Shown here: one piece after another, positions 37,632 to 48,352 of the stretch
How the letters are laid out: each line of letters begins with the position of its first letter
How positions within the stretch are numbered: the stretch's first letter is position 1
Source: a virus
Strand: one strand, 5' to 3'
DNA: 64,000 bases
Virus record (IMG/VR): IMGVR_UViG_3300019850_000189
Coordinates: 1 to 64,000 of that record
Notes under the pieces: generated by a model
The model's input: the letters and a program-made list of their open reading frames with translations, nothing else
The model's database searches: none
Told to the model about the DNA's origin: nothing
Made by a program: the position numbers and the translations under genes

Positions 37632-38738
37632 TTGTCAGTGCCAACATATTTTTTATTTAAGAGATACAGTGTTGAGGTAAAGAGGTGGTTACAATCCATT
37701 TTTCACATTCCAAGATTGGACAGTACCAACGCAAGTGTAAAAGTTGTTTATGCCACCCCAGAAAGGGCCATAGCGAAGTATGTAGTTCCTATCCGAAATC
37801 AAATGACAGACATTCCGGTAGTCGGTTTATACCTGGCTAATATGTCTTATCAACTTGAAAAAAATACCGCTATTGAAAACTATGAGGTAATTAAAGACAA
37901 AGATAATAACATAGCAAAACGCATGAAACCGTTCCAAGTTTATAGTTTAACGTATGTAATTAATATTTGGACAAAGCTTCAAATGGATATGGATGTCATG
38001 CTTTATTCTCTATTGAGCCAGCTGACTCCATTCCGATACCTGGCCGTAGACTCAAATATCGACTACAAGGAATATGATAATTTGGATAGATTTTATCCAA
38101 TGGAGAATGGCCCGCAACAGGGCAAAAATATAGATGCGAACACGAATGAGTTTGAGAAAAAACATGGTCAATGGTTCCCATTGACTTTGGATTCAGTAAA
38201 TGATGCCTCTAACCTCGAACCCGGTGAAGCAGGTGAAAGGGTAATTAGAACAGACATCAATTTGCTCTGTGATAGAGCTTATTTACCAATTGGCGGATTC
38301 GAATATAAATCAATTCGGGAATTGGAAATAAATAGTGTTTTAGATTGGAATACTGAGGAAGGCATCAGTATATATGCTCTTTCAGATGCTGATTATAATT
38401 ATTTAATGGCTCATGATGAGAACTGGCATTCTCCTGTTCCGACATATGGAGACTTGCCGATGACAGGCAATAGCATCGGCGATATACGTAGAGTAATTTC
38501 TGAGAATGGCTTATACGATGATGGTGAACCCTATGTTTGGGGAGTAGAAGATATATCATTCTATAAACCAGCGGTTGATACCCTGGGAGATCTACCACTG
38601 ACTGGCAGTATAGACGGCGATATTAGATATGTTAATAATAAATCAGAACACTATCGATGGAATGGATTTACAAGCAAATGGCAATTATATAATAGATGGA
38701 TCAAATATAGAATCTATTTGAGAGATATCGTAACATAG
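37632..38738 (+). CDS. Tail terminator/sheath stabiliser (T4 gp15-like) with C-terminal extension
   Basis: VKVVYATPERA...IPVVGL...Y.INIWTK..DMDVML..LL.Q.TP; located just upstream of sheath. Confidence 0.7.
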   Translation: MSVPTYFLFKRYSVEVKRWLQSIFHIPRLDSTNASVKVVYATPERAIAKYVVPIRNQMTDIPVVGLYLANMSYQLEKNTAIENYEVIKDKDNNIAKRMKPFQVYSLTYVINIWTKLQMDMDVMLYSLLSQLTPFRYLAVDSNIDYKEYDNLDRFYPMENGPQQGKNIDANTNEFEKKHGQWFPLTLDSVNDASNLEPGEAGERVIRTDINLLCDRAYLPIGGFEYKSIRELEINSVLDWNTEEGISIYALSDADYNYLMAHDENWHSPVPTYGDLPMTGNSIGDIRRVISENGLYDDGEPYVWGVEDISFYKPAVDTLGDLPLTGSIDGDIRYVNNKSEHYRWNGFTSKWQLYNRWIKYRIYLRDIVT

Positions 38739-38748
38739 GAGCCACAAT

Positions 38749-38934
38749 ATGATTTTCAAGATTAAAAATAAAACTTATCAGCCTTTGATGCTAATCATTG
38801 AAGATAAATATGTAACACTTCCAGCGAGGAAGACGATTAAAGTACACCATATCACAAAACAAATGAGAAATTTGGAAATTAAAGGATTTTTACAAATTAT
38901 AAGAATTCAAGAGGAAATAGACCAATTTCTCTAA
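38749..38934 (+). CDS. Small hypothetical protein
   Basis: AGGAG RBS, 61 aa. Confidence 0.6.
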   Translation: MIFKIKNKTYQPLMLIIEDKYVTLPARKTIKVHHITKQMRNLEIKGFLQIIRIQEEIDQFL

Positions 38935-38956
38935 TCGAAGTAAGGGAGGAATATAA

Positions 38957-41074
38957 ATGGCTAACAATTTTTTGATGAGCCCTGGTGTTCTTGTTCAAGA
39001 ACGGGATCAAAGCTCTTACACGGTAACGTCCGCAGCCACACAAGTCGCCATGGTTGGATATGCCTCGAAGGGCCCAGTTGACACGCCAATGCTGGTCACA
39101 AGCGCGCAAGACTTTATTAATAAATTTGGCGCGCCGCCATCCAATAATCCATATATGGGTTTAGCTGCCCTCAAATTTTTCGAGGAAGGCAGTAGACTTA
39201 TTATTAGCAGAGCTGGTTATAATACCAGAGATGTTAGAGGCCTACCCGGCTGGCAATCATCAGGAGAGGTAACATCTAATACTGGCTGGATGGGTAAATT
39301 AACAAAAGCGACCTCTGAAATAGATAGAGCATTACAAACGGCGGCTGTACCATCTATAACAGGCACCAAGGATTTTCAATACGGTCTTACATACCTAACA
39401 GATGTTGACTTCACCCTTAGATACTATAATGATAGAACAGGTGAAAGTAAGACATTTAACGTGAGCGGAGATTTACTTGCTGATCCAGGCCGGACATCAG
39501 TCGCATTATTGGCAAGTGATCTCAATACGTTAATTGGTACGATAACCGGAGCAAGCACTTATTTTGAGTTTTCACAGAGTGGTGCAAATTATTTAATTTT
39601 AAGAATGCCATCCGGTGAGAATGAATATCTTGACAATAAAGCATCAATAAGCATCTCAGGAACTGGCGGCAGCACAACCATCAGCCAACTAGGTTTCTTG
39701 CAGGACAATCGTTCTGCTCATGGTGTAGGCGATGGAACTGGTGCTGATATACCTGCCAGTGGCATAACTGTAACAGCGAAAACAGAAGGTTCTTGGGGAA
39801 ATGATATTACATTAAGATTTTATAGTGAAACCACTTCGCAATTCGATTCAAGTTCAGGAACATTCTTGACTCAAACAATTTATAAAGCTCAGGTTTACTA
39901 TAAGGGCGGCTTGATTGAAACTTTTGATCAGATAGATTGGGAAGATGATTCTTCTGATTATTGGGTTGAGGACTTATTCCCAACAGCTCTTGGAGAGGGC
40001 TCTAATTATATTTCGATAGAGTTTAATACTACGGCTAATCCAAGCTCACCATACACGCCTCCAGAAGATATATCTGCAGATAGTGATGATTTCATCCAAC
40101 TAGGAACGGATGGAGCGGAGGCTACTCAAGGTGCTAATGGTATTCCGATTGTTGATGACACATATGGTTTTAACGCAGAACAGACAGATGCGCTTAATAA
40201 TACAGCTCTTACAGAACTGGATAGAGGTATTAACACTCTAGCGAATTCAGAAACTTGGGAATTTGATGTTGTATTAGTCCCAGGACAATCTTCTTCTGTA
40301 GTAATTAATTCCATTTTCAATCTTGTAATGACCAGAAGAGATTGTATGGCTATTATAGACTCTCCATTTGGTCTTACTTATGAAGATGTGGCTGAATGGC
40401 ACAATGGTCAGGGCCATGGAAATTCAGCAGCATTTAATACTTCATACGCAGCGTTATATTGGCCATGGTTATACGACTATGATGCATATAACAGACAGTA
40501 TGTATGGCTTCCTCCTTCAGGATATGTTGCGAAGCAATATGTCTATACTGATAATGTTTCCGATCCATGGCAGGCTCCAGCTGGCATGACCAGAGGTAAA
40601 ATTACTGCTTTGGATTTAGAACAGTCAGCTTCACAAAGCCAGAGGGATCTACTGTATGGCGAAACAAATGCTGTTAATCCGATTGTCAACTTTGTCGGTG
40701 AAGGTCTCACTATATGGGGTCAAAAGACTTTATTGAGAGACACCAAAGCAACAAATAGAGTTAATGTCAGAAGGCTTTTGATTTATGCTGAAAGATTAGT
40801 CGCTAAGATGGCCAAGTCCTTTGTATTCGAACCAACAGATGAAACAGCGTGGGCTGATTTTACAAGACGGGCAAATGCTATTATGGAGCCAATAAGAATA
40901 AGAAGAGGATTGTATTCTTACAAGGTTGTTATGGATTCAACAACTAATATTCCAGAAGTAATAGATCAAAATAAAATGGTTGGATACATCTTTTTACAGC
41001 CTACAAAAACTGCTGAATTTATTGAGGTGTATTTTACTGTTACATCAACGGGTGATACATTTATTAGTGAATAA
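38957..41074 (+). CDS. gp18: Tail sheath protein (gp18-like)
   Basis: SPGVLVQERDQS, KGPVDTP, RDCMAIIDSP, YAALYWPWL, WLPPSG, PWQAPAG, NPIVNF...IWGQKTL, NRVNVRRL, FVFEP, AEFI. Confidence 0.95.
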   Translation: MANNFLMSPGVLVQERDQSSYTVTSAATQVAMVGYASKGPVDTPMLVTSAQDFINKFGAPPSNNPYMGLAALKFFEEGSRLIISRAGYNTRDVRGLPGWQSSGEVTSNTGWMGKLTKATSEIDRALQTAAVPSITGTKDFQYGLTYLTDVDFTLRYYNDRTGESKTFNVSGDLLADPGRTSVALLASDLNTLIGTITGASTYFEFSQSGANYLILRMPSGENEYLDNKASISISGTGGSTTISQLGFLQDNRSAHGVGDGTGADIPASGITVTAKTEGSWGNDITLRFYSETTSQFDSSSGTFLTQTIYKAQVYYKGGLIETFDQIDWEDDSSDYWVEDLFPTALGEGSNYISIEFNTTANPSSPYTPPEDISADSDDFIQLGTDGAEATQGANGIPIVDDTYGFNAEQTDALNNTALTELDRGINTLANSETWEFDVVLVPGQSSSVVINSIFNLVMTRRDCMAIIDSPFGLTYEDVAEWHNGQGHGNSAAFNTSYAALYWPWLYDYDAYNRQYVWLPPSGYVAKQYVYTDNVSDPWQAPAGMTRGKITALDLEQSASQSQRDLLYGETNAVNPIVNFVGEGLTIWGQKTLLRDTKATNRVNVRRLLIYAERLVAKMAKSFVFEPTDETAWADFTRRANAIMEPIRIRRGLYSYKVVMDSTTNIPEVIDQNKMVGYIFLQPTKTAEFIEVYFTVTSTGDTFISE

Positions 41075-41082
41075 TAATTATT

Positions 41083-41108
41083 ACCAGCAGGGGAATTCTC
41101 CTGCTGGT
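41083..41108. terminator. GC-rich hairpin between convergent sheath and endonuclease genes
   Basis: ACCAGCAGG...CCTGCTGGT; lacks a strong U-tract. Confidence 0.6.
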
Positions 41109-41174
41109 TCTCATTCAAAATAAATAATGTATTCTTTATTTTTCGATTTGAAGGATTTATTAACTATTTCATAT

Positions 41175-43073
41175 CTATTTTTTTATTATTTTCGTAAATT
41201 TTAAGTTTCCGCAATCGTATATACGCCAGAATCCTGCTTCATCCATAATTTGAAATTCAGTTTTGTTTTCATTATAATTAGAAAATTTTTTAAGCGCGCT
41301 TTTTCTATATTTGAATCTGTGTTGCCGTATTGATTGTCCGTTGGCTATATACCAATAATTAGGGGCAGTTTCTTTCACCAATTCGAATCCGATTTTTTTG
41401 TATAAATTTCCATTACTCCACCTTCTGTCCGCATAACTGTAAATCTCTACTGGATAGTAATGCTGAATGAAATACTTCAGCATTTTACTTGCTGCGCCCG
41501 GAATGGATGTATCCGGTATGGTAGCGTATCTAGTTAGTTCATAAACATTATCGTTGCTTTTCTTTTGGCCTAACGCAAGTCTAGGTTTTGAAAATGTCAT
41601 AACCGCTACTAATTGAGTATTATAGAACGCTCCAAGATTGATGTTGGCCTTATCACTGCCTTGCAAATGGTAGTTTTCTAAGAATAATGTTTTTTGTTTA
41701 CTATCTATTTCTTGTATGTGGGTTTTTCTGGCTCCAATTGTATTTTTATTAAAGCCAAGTATGGCCTTGAGACGGCTTTTAACTATTGCTTGTTTATATA
41801 TCCATTCATCCTCAAAAATATGAATTAATTTTATGTTGTTGTGAAGGCATTTCTGTGTTTTGTTTAGATGGTAGTATTTGTCTTTGTATAAGCTTGAGTG
41901 CCAATAAAGTCCGTCCAGCTCTATCGCTATTTTATATCGAGAAAGATAGATATCTATTTCTTGCGGCGGAATTATCGATCTTGAATTTGTTACTAAACTT
42001 ATTTTAAATGTTTTTAAGAAATCAGCCAGCTCTAATTCCATGTTAGAAATTCTGCTTGAACGAGGATAACAAAAGGGGCATCTTGGATTGGAACCACCAA
42101 TTAAATTGTCTTCAAATACTTTATTGCACTTAGTACATTTCCATTTTAAAGTGGTTTTTATGCCGCTGTAATCTTTTGGTTTAAATAAAGGCACAGCCTC
42201 TACTATGCGTTGCCCTGTAAATATGCTGTTCAGGAATTTTTGCCTGGATATATCACTAATTTTGTCTTTGACTAATTGGCTTTGCGCTGGGTTTCTCGTT
42301 CCGTATTTCTTTTGACTAGTTGCGACTATTTTAGCTCTAACGGTTACTGATGATAGAGGATTTTCAACACCATATTTCTTTAAATTAGTCTCTTTGACTT
42401 TCTCTTGAATTTCTTTATTTGCTAGGGGAAAGCGAGCACCATATTTCTTAAAATTAGTCATAGCTATTTTTTCTTGAATTTTTGTGCTTGAAAAAGGCAT
42501 TTCAGCGCTGTACCTTTTAAGATTAGTTTGTCTGATTTTGTGTTTTATTATTTCGTTTTGGGCAGGATTCATCACGTCATATTTTTCTAAGCAAGTTGAC
42601 GTCCTTTTTTGAATTATTTCCGGAGCCTGTGAAGGATTTTTAACTCCATATTTTCTTAACCAAGTTTGTTCTACTTTTTTATGTATTTCAGGATTATGGA
42701 GGCTACACTCAACGCCATATCGCTGTAAATTAGTGGCTTTCACTTTATTCTTCACAGCTTTATTTTGCATTGGATTTTCTGTTCCATATTTCGACAAGCT
42801 TGTTTCTTTTAATAAACATTGCCCACATTTAATACAAGGCTCAAAAAACTTTTTGTTATATAAGAATAACTGAGTTGTTTGTTTATTACAAAGGCAACAA
42901 TTGTACACTATTTTATCATTTTTGGCGACTTTTTGTGTTCCGTTGATTATTAAATATTTGTCTTTAACTTCAACTTGATTAACATTTATCACTTGATGAG
43001 TTTTAGAAACTATTACTTGTTTAATCATTATTGCTCCACAACTATATATGTGTTTGATAAAAAAAAGCATCAA
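41175..43073 (-). CDS. Free-standing homing endonuclease, same family as 3431 and 5288 (probable start 43028)
   Basis: TNxxKYG repeats, EIDIYL...IELDGLYWH, RIYDCG. Confidence 0.75.
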   Translation of the reverse strand: MMLFFIKHIYSCGAIMIKQVIVSKTHQVINVNQVEVKDKYLIINGTQKVAKNDKIVYNCCLCNKQTTQLFLYNKKFFEPCIKCGQCLLKETSLSKYGTENPMQNKAVKNKVKATNLQRYGVECSLHNPEIHKKVEQTWLRKYGVKNPSQAPEIIQKRTSTCLEKYDVMNPAQNEIIKHKIRQTNLKRYSAEMPFSSTKIQEKIAMTNFKKYGARFPLANKEIQEKVKETNLKKYGVENPLSSVTVRAKIVATSQKKYGTRNPAQSQLVKDKISDISRQKFLNSIFTGQRIVEAVPLFKPKDYSGIKTTLKWKCTKCNKVFEDNLIGGSNPRCPFCYPRSSRISNMELELADFLKTFKISLVTNSRSIIPPQEIDIYLSRYKIAIELDGLYWHSSLYKDKYYHLNKTQKCLHNNIKLIHIFEDEWIYKQAIVKSRLKAILGFNKNTIGARKTHIQEIDSKQKTLFLENYHLQGSDKANINLGAFYNTQLVAVMTFSKPRLALGQKKSNDNVYELTRYATIPDTSIPGAASKMLKYFIQHYYPVEIYSYADRRWSNGNLYKKIGFELVKETAPNYWYIANGQSIRQHRFKYRKSALKKFSNYNENKTEFQIMDEAGFWRIYDCGNLKFTKIIKK

Positions 43074-43189
43074 TTTTCATTAATTTATTAAGCATATAGT
43101 TGAGTGGTTATTTTTCTTAAAAAGAGCATCTTTTTTAGATTTATGCGAAAGATAATAATGTATTAATTGAAAAATTTGGAGGCGCGGAA

Positions 43190-43729
43190 ATGCCAATTGT
43201 ATTATCTACGGCTGAACAAAGTATTAAGGAACCCAAACGTCAAAATAGATTTATCCTAAAATTCGACGCAGTCCCGGGTGGTGGCGAAGAAGCATTAGCA
43301 CTTGATTTACTATCCGCAGGCAGACCAAACCTGAGCTTCAACAGTGTTCCTATTAATCGTTTAAATGAACAATTCAAGTTCCCCGCTAATCCAACCTGGG
43401 ATCCAATGACATGTGTTTTCTATGATTATGACAAAGGCAAAGACTCATCGGCGCAGATACTGTGGAGATGGGCACGATCAGTTTATGATCCAGTTACTGG
43501 CGCAATGGGATATGCCACACAATATAAAACCAATTCTACACTGGTTATTTTATCTCCAGATGGATCTATAGCTGAGACCTGGGATTTATTTGGTTGCTAC
43601 CCAGATGCTGTTACTTTTAACGAAGTTAGTTATAGTACTTATGATGCATTACAGGTAAACATGACATTGAATTTTGATTATGCAATATTGCAGGAAGACA
43701 CCAGTCAGGGTAATATACCTTCAGCATAA
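43190..43729 (+). CDS. gp19: Tail tube protein (gp19-like)
   Basis: EPKRQNRF, RPNLSF, KFPANPTWDP, YKTN, W.LFGCYP, TLNFDYA. Confidence 0.9.
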   Translation: MPIVLSTAEQSIKEPKRQNRFILKFDAVPGGGEEALALDLLSAGRPNLSFNSVPINRLNEQFKFPANPTWDPMTCVFYDYDKGKDSSAQILWRWARSVYDPVTGAMGYATQYKTNSTLVILSPDGSIAETWDLFGCYPDAVTFNEVSYSTYDALQVNMTLNFDYAILQEDTSQGNIPSA

Positions 43730-43747
43730 ATAATTTGAAATCGTATC

Positions 43748-43779
43748 AAAAGGCCTTCATATATGAAGGCCTTTTTTTT
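43748..43779 (+). terminator. Intrinsic terminator after tail tube
   Basis: AAAAGGCCTTCAT-AT-ATGAAGGCCTTTT plus T-run. Confidence 0.9.
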
Positions 43780-43906
43780 ATGCGATTTTTAGTTTTTTCA
43801 CTCAAAAAAATACTATCAATCAAATTTTGTTCCCAAAGATATTAGTAGCTGTATAGAGACAGCTGTAGCGTTTGGTAACACAAAATAGTATCAAAGGAGT
43901 TTTAAA

Positions 43907-44062
43907 GTGTCAGATACAACACGCATTTCAGAAAAAGAAAAAAAGGAACTGCAAGAAATATCTAAAAAAACTGGCATTTCATTAAAAAAATTAACCGATA
44001 TGGGCGCAAAATATGTTATTAAAGAATACCGAGAAGGCAATTTTGGTGTCCTGTCGGAATAA
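43907..44062 (+). CDS. 51-aa ribbon-helix-helix-like DNA-binding protein (not in ORF track)
   Basis: GTG start after AAAGGAG; TTRISEKEKKELQEISKKTGISLKKL. Confidence 0.6.
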   Translation: MSDTTRISEKEKKELQEISKKTGISLKKLTDMGAKYVIKEYREGNFGVLSE

Positions 44063-44955
44063 TGCCAAAGGGAGGAAACATGGCTAAAGAACAACAGCGC
44101 GAAAGTGTTGATATGTCAAATATCAATATAAAGAATAAACCTCCGGATATAGCAAGCAATAAGGAAAAACCAATTGTTGGCGAAACTCCAGCTTTTGAGC
44201 CGCCAGCAGAAGAGGTGGAACTTCCTTCTCACGGCTATCTATACCAGAATGCTACGTCTGATAAATTGGTTCTTAACGGTAAATTGCTGATCAGGCCAAT
44301 GACCATGACTGAAGAGAAAATACTTTCTACTAATCGTTTGATTAAAACCGGACAGGCACTGAACATGGTTTTCAGAAATTGTATCAAATCTGATATAGAT
44401 CCAGAGGATCTGCTTTCGTCAGATAGGATATTTTTGATGTATTGGTTGAGAGCCATATCATATGGCCCAGAATATACCTTTACCTTAAGGTGCCCAAATC
44501 CAACATGTCCTGTTGGAAAGTTTAAGTATACGGTTGATATCAGCAAACAGCCAGTTAAAGAGATGTCAGCCGACATTAAAGAGCCTATAGAACTTAAACT
44601 CAAAAGATCAGGTGCCACTATATTCTATAATCTGTCCAGAGGAAGAACAGAGACCCAGGCGAGACAGCTTAGAAACAAAAAGTTAATTAACGCTACAGAT
44701 ATAGATAATACATCAACTGAAAGACTTGGGCTCCTGATTAAAAAAATAGTTACACCGCAGGGTGAAGAACTCGAAGTCTCAAAATGGAATATGTTTCTGA
44801 ATTCTTTAATAGGAGAGGACTCATCGATCATTAGGGATGATATGAATGAGAAAGATGCTGGCATAGAACCTATAAAGAATATCAGGTGCCCTCATTGTGA
44901 TGAGGAATTTGATGAAGACATCCCTATAACGACCGAGTTTTTTCGTGTCAAATGA
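44062..44955 (+). CDS. Baseplate hub subunit (gp26-like; probable start 44080)
   Basis: VELPSHG, IRPMTMTEEKIL, DRIFLMYWLRAISYG, CPNPTC and CPHC. Confidence 0.8.
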   Translation: MPKGGNMAKEQQRESVDMSNINIKNKPPDIASNKEKPIVGETPAFEPPAEEVELPSHGYLYQNATSDKLVLNGKLLIRPMTMTEEKILSTNRLIKTGQALNMVFRNCIKSDIDPEDLLSSDRIFLMYWLRAISYGPEYTFTLRCPNPTCPVGKFKYTVDISKQPVKEMSADIKEPIELKLKRSGATIFYNLSRGRTETQARQLRNKKLINATDIDNTSTERLGLLIKKIVTPQGEELEVSKWNMFLNSLIGEDSSIIRDDMNEKDAGIEPIKNIRCPHCDEEFDEDIPITTEFFRVK

Positions 44956-45202
44956 TGAGGACACTAACTCGGACACCTACAAGTCTCTTCTGCAAATGCA
45001 GTTTATGCTGGCATATCACGGCGGTATAGATGTCTGGTTTACGCAGAACATGACTATTGAAGATAGAAATTATTTTGCCGAACTCCTCATCGATGAGAAG
45101 AAAAGAGAAGAAAAATCATATAAAAAATCTGAGCGAGAAGGCCAGATGCAAAGTAGATCCACGCCCCACAGACCTTACATAAATCCTCGTATAAAGATAT
45201 GA
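44945..45202 (+). CDS. Baseplate hub-associated small protein
   Basis: LLQMQFMLAYHGG...MTIEDRNYF..LL pattern typical downstream of hub genes. Confidence 0.6.
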   Translation: MSNDEDTNSDTYKSLLQMQFMLAYHGGIDVWFTQNMTIEDRNYFAELLIDEKKREEKSYKKSEREGQMQSRSTPHRPYINPRIKI

Positions 45203-45216
45203 TAAATAGCTAAACT

Positions 45217-45240
45217 AAAGGCCGGTAAATACCGGCCTTT
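45217..45240 (+). terminator. Intrinsic terminator
   Basis: AAAGGCCGGTA-AA-TACCGGCCTTT. Confidence 0.8.
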
Positions 45241-45315
45241 CTTGCTTTTATTAAATGTATTTGTTCTCCGAAAACATATATAGATATAAAACAATAGCAT
45301 GACGAAGGCAATTTT

Positions 45316-46335
45316 GTGAAAATATTATTATTCAGCGATCTACATGTATACAGACATATGGGTATGGATTTGTTTGTCAAAACGGCCGGCAAATTTCTAT
45401 CCTATGTCGAACAATACGCAATCAAACACAAAATAAATCATATCTACTTTCTTGGAGATATGTTCCAAATTAAGACTAAAGTTGATTCAATGGATTTTAT
45501 TTTTATACGGAACATAATTCGTTCATGGAAGAATAAATTCAAATTGTATTTTTTAATTGGCAATCATGATATGCCACTACCCGATAGCACAGATGGTTCA
45601 ATAATGCACGCTTTCGATGAGTATGGCCGCGTTGTGAAGGATTACGAATATTTTGATTTAAGCGATGATCTTAGGTTTCATTTTATGTCATATATTAAAA
45701 ATGACAATGGTAAGCTGCCGAATTTTAAAATTGGAAATGGTAAAAATGTCCTGTTCATGCATCAGGATGTGACTGGCTTTCGAATGAATAATTCCCATGT
45801 GGCCGGCCTGGGTTTCGATATTACTAAATTCAAACAGATGAATAAAGTTTTTTCAGGTCATTATCATTTACACCAACAAAAACTTAATATTGTATTCATT
45901 GGATCTCCATTTCAAACAAATTTCGGAGAACGCGATACAAATAAAGGCTTTGTTGTACTTGATACGAATACGTTGAATTGGACTTTTCATGAATTTAGGG
46001 GTGCTCCAAGATTCAAGTATGTAGATTATACCCAGATCAATCGTGTTAATGTTAATAATTGTTTTGTCAAGGTCATTATCCCATCAGAAATAAAGAATAC
46101 TGAGCCTATTATAGAAAAAATGAGGTCAAAAGGCGCTATTTCTGTCGATATCAGCACTACAACAGAAGAACTTATTAAAGAGTTGGAGTTTGTAGAAGAG
46201 CTTAATAAATCGACTATCAAGAAATTAGCTATGCAGTTTTTGGATAACATAGATATTTCAAATGATCTTAGCAAAAAGGAATTAGTCAGCATATTAGATA
46301 AAATAAATGACGAATACCTCGCACAAAGAGCGTAA
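45316..46335 (+). CDS. gp47: Recombination nuclease (gp47/SbcD/Mre11-like)
   Basis: SDLH, GDMF, GNHD, SGHYH, IGSPFQTNFGE. Confidence 0.92.
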   Translation: MKILLFSDLHVYRHMGMDLFVKTAGKFLSYVEQYAIKHKINHIYFLGDMFQIKTKVDSMDFIFIRNIIRSWKNKFKLYFLIGNHDMPLPDSTDGSIMHAFDEYGRVVKDYEYFDLSDDLRFHFMSYIKNDNGKLPNFKIGNGKNVLFMHQDVTGFRMNNSHVAGLGFDITKFKQMNKVFSGHYHLHQQKLNIVFIGSPFQTNFGERDTNKGFVVLDTNTLNWTFHEFRGAPRFKYVDYTQINRVNVNNCFVKVIIPSEIKNTEPIIEKMRSKGAISVDISTTTEELIKELEFVEELNKSTIKKLAMQFLDNIDISNDLSKKELVSILDKINDEYLAQRA

Positions 46336-46429
46336 TGTGACAAAAAAAAGAGGGGAAATGAACCGCGTTTTGTAGCAATGATAATTAGCAAAATACCTGG
46401 TAATAAATAGAAAAGGGGAGGAACAATAT

Positions 46430-48313
46430 TTGAAGTTTCGCGATCTTCGACTTAGAAATTTTCTCTCTTTCGGCGATGAGGAACAATTCATTCATTTTGT
46501 GGATAATGATATTATTTTGGTTCTAGGCCAGAACTTAAAAGAGGGAGGTTCAAACGGAGCAGGCAAGACCACTCTATATAATGCTATAGTTTGGGCCATC
46601 TATGGCAAAACAACAAAGGGCCTGCAGGCCGATGATGTTGTTAATAATATAACAAATAGAGACTGCATGGTCCAGCTGGATTTTACAATCGACAATAAAT
46701 ATATTAGTATAAAGCGTTGGAGAAAAATAAACGGTAAAAAGAATAAGAATAAAATTTCCCTGAAAGTAAATGGTAATGATGTTTCTCTTGCCAACATGGC
46801 GGATACTCAAGATAAAATAAATAATTTAATTAAAATTAATTTCAGATCATTCATATCATCTGTTATGTTTTCGCAAGATAGAATATTTAATTTTACAGAT
46901 GCTTCTCAGTCAAAAAGAAAAGAAATTATTGAAAATGTATTGCAGGTCGATAATTTGGGGGTGTATGAAAAATTATTAAAAAATGATGTCGTGGAACTTC
47001 AACGACTTCAGGAGAACAAGTATCATCAGCAGGTTAGTAAAAAAGACATGGCGAATTCTTTGGTAACAAATATTCAGGATTATCTTACTTCATGTAAATT
47101 CAAGTCTAAACAACTTATAAATAAGATTAAAGATATGAATCGCGATTTAGAAAGACTTGAAAAAATAGACGGGGATCGTGAGCTCGAAAAACATAAGGAA
47201 AATGATATCTTGAAAAATCAAGAAAAGAAATTAATCAAAAGCATGGATGAATTAAAAATAAAAGAGAACAACGCTAGAGATAAATTGGATACATTATCCA
47301 GGCATGTGAAAGAAAAAGTTAGTAGAAAAAATAAAACTCTCGATAACCTAAAAATAATTAAAGAAGAGCTTCAGAAGGCAGAAAATGATCCAAGTAAATG
47401 CCCTTTATGCGGTAATGTAATAAATCCACATTTAATTAAGAAATATATTTCAGAACGAAAAAATTCTATAACAGTATATAAAAAAGAGCTTAGTGTTTTG
47501 GATGATGATTTTGATAAGTTAAAAATTAAACTCGATGAAGTAAATAGTTCAATTTTGGATTATGAAGAGCGAATAAAGAAATTGAATGAAAAAATAGATA
47601 AAATAAAATATGTAAAGCCAAAAATATCGCTTGATGAACTGCAGAAACTAGTTGAAGAGAAGATAGATTTAAGAAGCAAAATACAAATGCTTAATGACCA
47701 AAAAAATAATATAGTGGATCTTAAATTTATAGAAAGCATAAAAACACAGATTAAAGAGGCAAGAGCTTCAGCTACGGCTATTGAAAAAGACCTTGAAAAT
47801 ATTCAGAATACAGTTAAACATTATTCCTTTTGGCTCCATGCCTTTTCCAAAGGAGAGAATACGATCCGCTCATTTCTTGTCAATAAAATTATTGACTTTA
47901 TTAATAGCCGCATTAAACATTATCTAAACATATTTTTTGTTGAGGAAGTTCAGTTCATCCTTGATCGTGAGATGAATCACACGATATTTAAAAGTGATAT
48001 AGAGATTAGTTTGGCACAATTATCCGGGGGAGAAGAACAAAGATTGAATCTTGCTATCGCCTTTTCATTATTTGATCTCGTTAAGATTAATCTTGGCAAT
48101 GATATAAATATAATATTTATGGACGAAGTACTGGATAGAAATTTGGACGAGAATGGGGTAACAGCCTTACTTAAAATTATTGATGATATGAAAGAGAACG
48201 GAAATTCTATTTACCTTATATCTCACAAGGATAATTTCAAAGCATATTTTAATAATTTTGTTGTTATATATAAAGATGCGAACGGTATATCTAAAATACT
48301 ATCTGCCGCATAA
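46430..48313 (+). CDS. gp46: Recombination ATPase (gp46/SbcC/Rad50-like)
   Basis: NFLSFG, GSNGAGKTT, CPLCG hook, LSGGE, FMDEV, ISHK. Confidence 0.93.
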   Translation: MKFRDLRLRNFLSFGDEEQFIHFVDNDIILVLGQNLKEGGSNGAGKTTLYNAIVWAIYGKTTKGLQADDVVNNITNRDCMVQLDFTIDNKYISIKRWRKINGKKNKNKISLKVNGNDVSLANMADTQDKINNLIKINFRSFISSVMFSQDRIFNFTDASQSKRKEIIENVLQVDNLGVYEKLLKNDVVELQRLQENKYHQQVSKKDMANSLVTNIQDYLTSCKFKSKQLINKIKDMNRDLERLEKIDGDRELEKHKENDILKNQEKKLIKSMDELKIKENNARDKLDTLSRHVKEKVSRKNKTLDNLKIIKEELQKAENDPSKCPLCGNVINPHLIKKYISERKNSITVYKKELSVLDDDFDKLKIKLDEVNSSILDYEERIKKLNEKIDKIKYVKPKISLDELQKLVEEKIDLRSKIQMLNDQKNNIVDLKFIESIKTQIKEARASATAIEKDLENIQNTVKHYSFWLHAFSKGENTIRSFLVNKIIDFINSRIKHYLNIFFVEEVQFILDREMNHTIFKSDIEISLAQLSGGEEQRLNLAIAFSLFDLVKINLGNDINIIFMDEVLDRNLDENGVTALLKIIDDMKENGNSIYLISHKDNFKAYFNNFVVIYKDANGISKILSAA

Positions 48314-48352
48314 CATCAGCACAAACAAAATTCTATCGCAAAGATAATTGAT

